NCBI GenBank assembly: GCA_963816145.1
Contig: CAWFJP010000003.1
Coordinates: 128,001 to 192,000 of the forward strand
Length of the DNA stretch: 64,000 nucleotides
DNA from: an uncultured delta proteobacterium
GTDB lineage: Bacteria > Desulfobacterota > Binatia > UBA9968
Reading direction: 5' to 3'
Position 1 is the first letter of the stretch, and each line of letters starts with the position of its first letter. The position numbers and the translations under genes are program-made. A model generated the notes under the pieces. The model was not told the DNA's origin. It saw only the letters and a program-made list of their open reading frames with translations, and searched no databases. Positions 57,799-64,000 of this stretch are shown piece after piece.

Positions 57799-58890
57799 AT
57801 GGCAATTGACGGCATGAAGGTGATCGATCTCGATAGTCATTTGGTTGGCGATTTGGATAGTTGGGATCAAACCATCGAAGCACAATATAAAGATTTCCTA
57901 CCGCGCAAGCTGCCAACCAAGGACAACGAGCGGCGCAAGACTCTGGTCGGCAATCAAATCATGATCGGCTCCGAGCTGGGCCGGCAGAAGGCGGAAAAGA
58001 AAGAGTGGGTGACTCCCGCCGATCTGACACCGGCGGGGCGCGTGCACAACATGGACCTGGACGGTATCGATGTCGCCGTGCTGTCGCCCAACTCGCCTGC
58101 GCTCGATATCCTTTGGTTCGTCGACGACCCGGAACTCGGCGCCGCCTACGCCCGGGCACAGAATAATTACATGAACTGGTACGCCTCGCAGCAAAAAGGC
58201 CGCCTGATGTGGGCCGGTGTGATACCGCTGCAAGATCCCAAGGAGGCGATCAAGGAACTGCATCGCTCACGCGAGTTGGGCAGCAAAGCGCTCAACGTCA
58301 AAGCGACACCGATTCCTGGTAAAGAATGGTCCGACCCGTACTTCGATCCGATTTTCGACGAACTGGAAAAAACCAAAACACCGATCATCTTTCATGACAC
58401 CAAGACCGGCTCCATGGGCCATGACCGATTTGCCGACAACTTCTTTTTTTCCCACATGGTCGGCCGCACCATCGAAAGCATGGTGTGCTTGATGGTTTAT
58501 CTATGCGGCGGTGTCATGGAAAAGCATCCGGACTTGAAAATCATCTGCCTCGAGACCGGCGCATCGCAGATGCCCTGGTGGTTGTCGCGCATGGACGAAC
58601 ATTTCGAGAAGTTGCCGCATCTCGTGCCCTGGCAGAAGCGCAAACCGACCGACATTTTCAATGAAAGCGTCTTTGTCGGCTGCGAACCTTTCGAAGACGG
58701 ATTGTTCGAGTGGGCGGTGGAATATTTAGGCGGCGACCGCTTGGTTCTCGCCACCGATTCGCCCCACTGGGACTCTTCGGTGCCGGGACAGGTGACGGGA
58801 CCGGTGGCCAAGAGCACGAAGATTTCCCCGGACAACAAGCGCAAAGTCCTGGGCGAGAATGCCATCAATCTGCTGGGGCTGGGGCTCTAA
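57799..58890 (+). CDS. Amidohydrolase_2 family protein
   Basis: IDLDSH; MDLDGIDVAVL; LETGAS; ATDSPHWD; KVLGENA. Confidence 0.88.
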   Translation: MAIDGMKVIDLDSHLVGDLDSWDQTIEAQYKDFLPRKLPTKDNERRKTLVGNQIMIGSELGRQKAEKKEWVTPADLTPAGRVHNMDLDGIDVAVLSPNSPALDILWFVDDPELGAAYARAQNNYMNWYASQQKGRLMWAGVIPLQDPKEAIKELHRSRELGSKALNVKATPIPGKEWSDPYFDPIFDELEKTKTPIIFHDTKTGSMGHDRFADNFFFSHMVGRTIESMVCLMVYLCGGVMEKHPDLKIICLETGASQMPWWLSRMDEHFEKLPHLVPWQKRKPTDIFNESVFVGCEPFEDGLFEWAVEYLGGDRLVLATDSPHWDSSVPGQVTGPVAKSTKISPDNKRKVLGENAINLLGLGL

Positions 58891-58947
58891 CCCCGTTCGT
58901 TCATTTTGGCGGGTGGGAGTCCCCAGTCCTAAGGCAAAAATAACTCC

Positions 58948-59027
58948 CGTCATGCCCGTGAATACGGGCTTCCAGGCTTGCTCTGCGATCTCGAAATGCT
59001 GGATTCCCGCGTGCGCGGGAATGACGG
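58948..59027. repeat. CGTC-tagged REP-like palindrome pair
   Basis: cgtcatgcccgtgaatacgggcttcca...tggattcccgcgtgcgcgggaatgacgg. Confidence 0.8.
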
Positions 59028-59042
59028 AATGGGAGGGCCGTC

Positions 59043-60059
59043 ATGTCGCGACTGCTATGGGTTGTGCTGCTCAACGTTGCATTTCTGGCTGTTCACGGCG
59101 AAACGCCGGCAGCGACTCCAAGCGGTAAGAAATTAGTTATCGCTTACGCCGCCATGAACGCCCGGGTCTGCCCCCTCTGGGCGCCGCGGGAACGAGGCTT
59201 CTTCGCCAAGTACGGGTTTGACGCCGAACCGCTTTTCGTCCGCGGTGCGCCGACGTTGGTTGCCGCCATGTCCTCTAACGAGATCGAAGTTGGCTATACC
59301 GGCGGCACGGCCGTCATCGGAGCGGTCGCGTCGGGCTCCGACCTGAAGGTCTTGTCGGCCCTGACCAATCGGGTGACCTATGAACTGGTGGCCCGTCCCA
59401 ATATCAAAACGCCCGAAGATTTGCGCGGCAAAAAATTTGGCGTGCAGGCTATCGGCGGCACGGTGTGGATGGGCGCGATTCTGGCTCTGGAACACTTGGG
59501 TCTCGATCCCGAGCGCGATAAGATCGCGATCATCGCCGCTGGAGATCAGAGCGTACTCGCGCAAGCGGTCGCCCAGGGCACCATCGACGCGACCGTCCTC
59601 GACGGCGTTCAGGCACGGCCACTCGCGAACAAGGGGCTCAACATTCTCGCCGATCTCGGCAAGACCAATTTGCCGATCCTAAGCTCCTCGATTGTCGCGA
59701 GAGAGCCTTATATTCAGAAAAACCCGCAGCTGGTGGAAAATGTTTTGCGCGCTATCATCGAAGGGGCGGCATTTTGCTTGTCGGCGCGGGAGAAACCCAA
59801 TACGCTGAAGATCTTGCAAAAGTATCTGCGCATATCCGAGAAGGATGCCGAGGAAGGCTATCACGATATGGTCATGGGCCTCGACCGTAAACCGTATGCT
59901 AACCCGGCCGGTGCAACTAACGTTATCCGCCTGATGAAGCGCAGCAATCCCAAAGTCGAGAACGTGAAACCCGAGAACTTGATTGACGACCGAATCATGA
60001 AAAAGCTCGACCAGAGCGGCTTTATCGACGAGATAATGGCGAAGTATGGGGTCAAGTGA
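59043..60059 (+). CDS. ABC substrate-binding protein, SsuA/THI5-like
   Basis: RGFFAKYG; DLRGKKFGVQAIGG; LDQSGFID; paralogous to 56756..57769. Confidence 0.9.
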   Translation: MSRLLWVVLLNVAFLAVHGETPAATPSGKKLVIAYAAMNARVCPLWAPRERGFFAKYGFDAEPLFVRGAPTLVAAMSSNEIEVGYTGGTAVIGAVASGSDLKVLSALTNRVTYELVARPNIKTPEDLRGKKFGVQAIGGTVWMGAILALEHLGLDPERDKIAIIAAGDQSVLAQAVAQGTIDATVLDGVQARPLANKGLNILADLGKTNLPILSSSIVAREPYIQKNPQLVENVLRAIIEGAAFCLSAREKPNTLKILQKYLRISEKDAEEGYHDMVMGLDRKPYANPAGATNVIRLMKRSNPKVENVKPENLIDDRIMKKLDQSGFIDEIMAKYGVK

Positions 60060-60154
60060 CGGCCGCGCACGCGGCCGTCATCCCGAACCAAGAGAGGGAT
60101 CTCGTTGTAGTGGCAGAGAGTTGGACTTGTCATTTCTAGCGCAGCGAGAATTCC

Positions 60155-60448
60155 ATGCCGGCGGAGAATTGCTACTACGTCTATCTGCTGACCAATTGGA
60201 ACAACAAAGTGATGTATGTCGGTGTCACCAACGATCTCAGAAGACGGATATACGAACACCAGAACAAATTGCTGAATGGGTTCACGCAGAAATACAACGT
60301 CAACAAGTTAGTTTATTACGAACAAACGAGTGATGTATTTGGCGCCCTTACCCGAGAAAAAGAAATCAAAGAGTGGCGCAGGGAGAAGAAGAATGCGTTG
60401 GTCGTCCAGGCCAACCCCAAGTGGACTGACTTGAGTAAGGCGTTTTAG
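60155..60448 (+). CDS. GIY-YIG nuclease family protein flanked by REP-like palindromes
   Basis: YYVYLL..MYVGVTNDLRRRIYEH..FTQKYNVNKLVYYE..REKEIKEWRREKK..NPKW. Confidence 0.93.
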   Translation: MPAENCYYVYLLTNWNNKVMYVGVTNDLRRRIYEHQNKLLNGFTQKYNVNKLVYYEQTSDVFGALTREKEIKEWRREKKNALVVQANPKWTDLSKAF

Positions 60449-60565
60449 ATTTCTCCCTTCGGTCGAAATGACAGGCTGAGAGCTTCTGTCATCCCGAACG
60501 AAGAGAGGGATCCTTCCAAGTTCAATTCATAGACAATTGCCAAGTTACGCGAAATCGGAGGTTCC

Positions 60566-61675
60566 ATGTACATTGACGGCGATACCCACTATTGGCCGCT
60601 GCGTTTTATCGACAAGGTAAAGCACCCCGGAAAAGGCCACCTCGAAGTGGTCGAGGACAAGGGCGATATGGTGCGCTACGGCGAAGTGGTGCCGGGCAAG
60701 GTGGCGACCTATTACCGCGACGGCAAAAAAGTTCACTCGTTCAAAGAAGGCCGCTGGAGCATCCCGCTGCGCGCCGAGTTCATGAAGAAAGACGGCTTCG
60801 ACAAGCAAGTCTTGATCCCCGACAATCGGCCGCTGATCTACGAGTGCGATGCCGAACTGGGCCGTCAGTTGGCGCGCGCTTATAACGATACGGTCGCCGA
60901 GGACATTCAGGGCGATGATCGTTTCATCGGCTGCGCCTGGATTTATTTGCCGGATATCCAAGAATCCGTGAAGGAGCTGCGCCGCGCGGTCAAAGAGCTT
61001 GGGCTCAAGGCCGTGAAGTTCAACGGCGGTTGGGGCGACGGCGACTTGGACAGCGAAGTCTTGTATCCGCTTTATGAAGCGATCGCCGACTTGGATATTC
61101 CGATCTTACTTCACCCGGCGGCGCGCGTCTATGAGGCGCAGCATAGCCACCCCTGGCTGGTCGGCAGCGAGCGCTTTCAAGGCTACCAGCATTTCCCCAC
61201 CGCTCTGGGCTTTCCACTCACATACATGGTCAGCGCGGCGCGCTTGATCTTCGGCGGCGTGCTCGATCGTTTTCCGACGTTGAAGTTCGGCTTCTTCGAA
61301 GGCGGCATCGGCTGGGTGCCCTGGCTCATGCACACGCTGGACGCGCATATGCCCAACGACGCGACGATTTCCATCTCGGTGCAGCAGTTCTTCGAAGGCA
61401 AGCAGGGCATCAAGAAAAAGCCGAGCCAGTATTTCGATCAGTTCTTCATCGCCTGCGTTTCCTGGGAAACTTACATCGCCGACACCGTCAATGGCTGGCC
61501 CAACCATAACATAATTATTGGCAGCGACTTCGACCACGGCGACGCCGTGGCCACTTGGCCACGCACGGTCGACGTCATCAAGCAGATGAACGCATTGTCG
61601 GCTGCCGACAAGGAAAAAATTCTCGGCGACAACGCCATGAAGATGTTTGGTCTGACTGGCAACGGGGCTCACTAA
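60566..61675 (+). CDS. Amidohydrolase_2 family protein
   Basis: IDGDTH; ARAYND; LLHP; GVLDRFPTLK..EGGIGW; GSDFDHGD; KILGDNA. Confidence 0.9.
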   Translation: MYIDGDTHYWPLRFIDKVKHPGKGHLEVVEDKGDMVRYGEVVPGKVATYYRDGKKVHSFKEGRWSIPLRAEFMKKDGFDKQVLIPDNRPLIYECDAELGRQLARAYNDTVAEDIQGDDRFIGCAWIYLPDIQESVKELRRAVKELGLKAVKFNGGWGDGDLDSEVLYPLYEAIADLDIPILLHPAARVYEAQHSHPWLVGSERFQGYQHFPTALGFPLTYMVSAARLIFGGVLDRFPTLKFGFFEGGIGWVPWLMHTLDAHMPNDATISISVQQFFEGKQGIKKKPSQYFDQFFIACVSWETYIADTVNGWPNHNIIIGSDFDHGDAVATWPRTVDVIKQMNALSAADKEKILGDNAMKMFGLTGNGAH

Positions 61676-61733
61676 AGAGCTGTCGCCTCAGTTCACGACG
61701 AATTCGGCGCTTACCTTCAGGGATACTTCTTGA

Positions 61734-61821
61734 TTTCGTCATTCCGGCGAACGCCGGAATCCAGGTTGATTCTTGTCCAGGAATTCCAAATTGGATGCCG
61801 GTTTTCACCGGCATGACGAAA
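61734..61821. repeat. CGTC-tagged REP-like palindrome pair
   Basis: tttcgtcattccggcgaacgccggaatcca...tggatgccggttttcaccggcatgacgaaa. Confidence 0.85.
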
Positions 61822-61840
61822 TTGTTAGTCTCGTTCTCAG

Positions 61841-62860
61841 CTATTGATACAGCCCCTTGATAAACCCGCTATCCTCCAATGGCTTGATTAAGCTGTTGTC
61901 GATGAACAAGTTGGGATCGGCGGTTTTGGCTTTGGGGAAGTCCTTTGCCATGAATTCGAGGACAGTTCGGGTGCCGATCACGGAAGGGTAGGGGGCAGCT
62001 TCCATGTATTGAGTGGCGAAGAGATTGTAGGAGCGCTCGAGATAAGTCTCTTTTCCCTTTTCGATGCGCATCTTTTTCATGAGGATGCGCATGCTGTCTT
62101 CTTTGTTGCGTTTGAAGTAGGCCACCCCCTCGACGAAACCCTTCATGAAGCGGCTGGCGAGATCGCGGTGGTTTTTCAGGTAGGCACGCGAGGCGACCAA
62201 GACGTTCTGCAAGTATTGAATATCCATCGCCACCGGATCGCCAAGGGTTTTGAAGCCGCTGTCTTCAGCTACAAAAAAAGTTGGGTCTTGCAACACTGCC
62301 GCGTCGATGCCGCCTTTTTGCAGACTGATAAGCATCACCGGCGAGGCGCCGACTTGAATAATCTGCACATCTTCAGGCGCCATATTCCATTTGCGCAGCA
62401 TCAGCAGCAGCGCCAGATGGCCGGAAGAGCCCAACGTCGTGATGCCGACCCGTTTGCCCTTTAAGCCGGCGGGCGTCGTAATCTCCGGCTTGACCATGAC
62501 ACGCTGAATGCCTTTGTTGTTGCCGGCGGCGACCATGACGATATCCGAGCCGCTAAAAACCGCGCTGACCACCGCGCCACCGCCGGTTGAGCCGAACTGC
62601 AAATCGCCGGCGATCACCGCGCTCACCGACCTGGTGGCGCCGCCGCCGATGACGATTGGCTCGCTTTCGATGCCGTATTTCTTGAATATCCCTTTCTCCT
62701 CGGCGATCCACACCGGTGCATTTGCCATGCTGATAGCGGAGAAGCCGACGCGAATTTTGTCCGCAGCGAAAGCGCTTGGTGGCTCGAGCGCGACGGTTAA
62801 TAGCGCAAGGATAAGAATGCCAGCGATGCGAAAACTCAACGAAGATTCCTTGTCAGACAC
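61841..62860 (-). CDS. ABC substrate-binding protein, SsuA/THI5-like
   Basis: GTG 62860 after an AGGAG RBS; EKGIFKKYGI; LKGKRVGITTLGS; LEDSGFIKGLY. Confidence 0.88.
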   Translation of the reverse strand: MSDKESSLSFRIAGILILALLTVALEPPSAFAADKIRVGFSAISMANAPVWIAEEKGIFKKYGIESEPIVIGGGATRSVSAVIAGDLQFGSTGGGAVVSAVFSGSDIVMVAAGNNKGIQRVMVKPEITTPAGLKGKRVGITTLGSSGHLALLLMLRKWNMAPEDVQIIQVGASPVMLISLQKGGIDAAVLQDPTFFVAEDSGFKTLGDPVAMDIQYLQNVLVASRAYLKNHRDLASRFMKGFVEGVAYFKRNKEDSMRILMKKMRIEKGKETYLERSYNLFATQYMEAAPYPSVIGTRTVLEFMAKDFPKAKTADPNLFIDNSLIKPLEDSGFIKGLYQ

Positions 62861-63157
62861 GATGTTGTCTCCTGTCATAATATTTTTGAAGTGATACCTG
62901 CTGGCAGTTAACATTGAGGACGAATCGATGTCAAAAGAATTATCAGAAGATCGATCTTGTCGTTGCAAGGTGCGATGCTGAATCCCTGGAGCTGAATTTT
63001 AGGAAACAACTTTCAGCGCCTATTGAGTAGAAACAATGAGCAGACCTTTACAAGTGGGCGTCTCAATTTTACATGTGCCTGATGTTCGGCAGAGGCGAAT
63101 CATGCTATACAGAAGCGAGGCGGTTTTATACTGACACAATTAATATGCATTCTGTCG

Positions 63158-63886
63158 TTGACTACTACTAAAATCCAAACCCGAAACAATATTGTGCGTC
63201 CTAACAAAGAACAACATCGTACCGAACGCATTGGTTGGCTTCGCGCCGCCGTGTTGGGTGCAAACGATGGCATCGTATCAACCGCGAGCTTAGTCGTTGG
63301 CGTCGCCGCCGCCGATGCCACCCACGCCAGTATCATGGTTGCCGGTGTCGCTGGATTGGTTGCAGGTGCAATGTCGATGGCGGCGGGCGAGTATGTCTCC
63401 GTTAGTTCTCAAGCTGACACTGAAAGCGCAGACCTCGGCCGCGAGCGCAAAGAACTTGCAACTGATGGCGAATCGGAGCTCGCAGAACTCACCGGCATTT
63501 ACATCGCCCGCGGGTTAGACAAATCGCTTGCACGGCAAGTTGCTATACAACTGACAAAACATGATGCCCTCGCCACACACGCCCGGGATGAACTGGGGAT
63601 CTCAGAAACCACGTCCGCGCGTCCGGTTCAGGCAGCGTTTGCGTCTGCCGGTACATTTTCGGTCGGCGCCGCTCTGCCCCTGTTGGCTGCGTTTCTCACG
63701 CCGGTCGGCATGATCGGATTGGTCGTTTCAATCTTGTCCCTTGCATTCTTGGCGCTGCTCGGCGGGATTTCCGCACATGTTGGCGGTGCTCCGGTCGCGA
63801 AGGCCGTAGCGCGCGTGACTTTCTGGGGCGCGCTTGCAATGGCGGCAACAGCCGGAATAGGTAAATTATTTGGCGTTGCTGTATGA
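63158..63886 (+). CDS. VIT1/CCC1 family Fe/Mn transporter (start uncertain)
   Basis: WLRAAVLGANDGIVS; AGAMSMAAGEYVSVSSQ; HARDELG. Confidence 0.93.
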   Translation: MTTTKIQTRNNIVRPNKEQHRTERIGWLRAAVLGANDGIVSTASLVVGVAAADATHASIMVAGVAGLVAGAMSMAAGEYVSVSSQADTESADLGRERKELATDGESELAELTGIYIARGLDKSLARQVAIQLTKHDALATHARDELGISETTSARPVQAAFASAGTFSVGAALPLLAAFLTPVGMIGLVVSILSLAFLALLGGISAHVGGAPVAKAVARVTFWGALAMAATAGIGKLFGVAV

Positions 63887-64000
63887 CGCCCATTCCAACA
63901 AGCGACAGACCGTTGCACGCGGTGCCGCACGCCGCACGGATTGGTTAGATCCAAGCCGTCCGTCGCAGCACGATGACCGCTGACGTTAGCCGTGCGCCGG

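Overview
A 64-kb bacterial window, moderately GC-rich. The many orphan SsuA/THI5-type binding proteins, amidohydrolases and REP-like palindromes resemble Candidatus Binatia/Binatota (inference only). (1) 69-19217 is an NRPS locus. It has five C-A-T modules with predicted substrates Val, Asp, Thr, Gly and unknown, split by a +1 frameshift near 12840. The line ends not in a thioesterase or SDR-type R domain but in a ~390-aa domain resembling cyanobacterial acyl-ACP reductase. A stand-alone A-T protein follows, whose A domain lacks the amino-binding Asp. (2) 19.4-25.2 kb holds a decayed excisionase and an LLM oxidoreductase / VOC / M29(NicX-like) / binding-protein catabolic cluster. (3) 25.3-29.65 kb has two small decayed integrative islets at tRNA-Glu and tRNA-Lys, with toxin-antitoxin genes, att duplications, candidate arm sites and a dead integrase. 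(4) 29.7-41 kb is oppA-accB-accC-oppB-oppC, a dipeptidase, a xanthine-dehydrogenase-family Mo subunit and binding proteins. (5) 41-53.2 kb is a sigma54/NtrC-type urea operon (urtABCDE, cNMP-binding protein, ureDABCEFG). (6) 53.3-64 kb has orphan binding proteins, two amidohydrolases, a REP-flanked GIY-YIG gene and a VIT1/CCC1 transporter. The best candidate for an undescribed system is the NRPS with the acyl-ACP-reductase-like terminal domain and the atypical trans-acting A-T loader. All calls come from reading motifs by eye; no searches were run.
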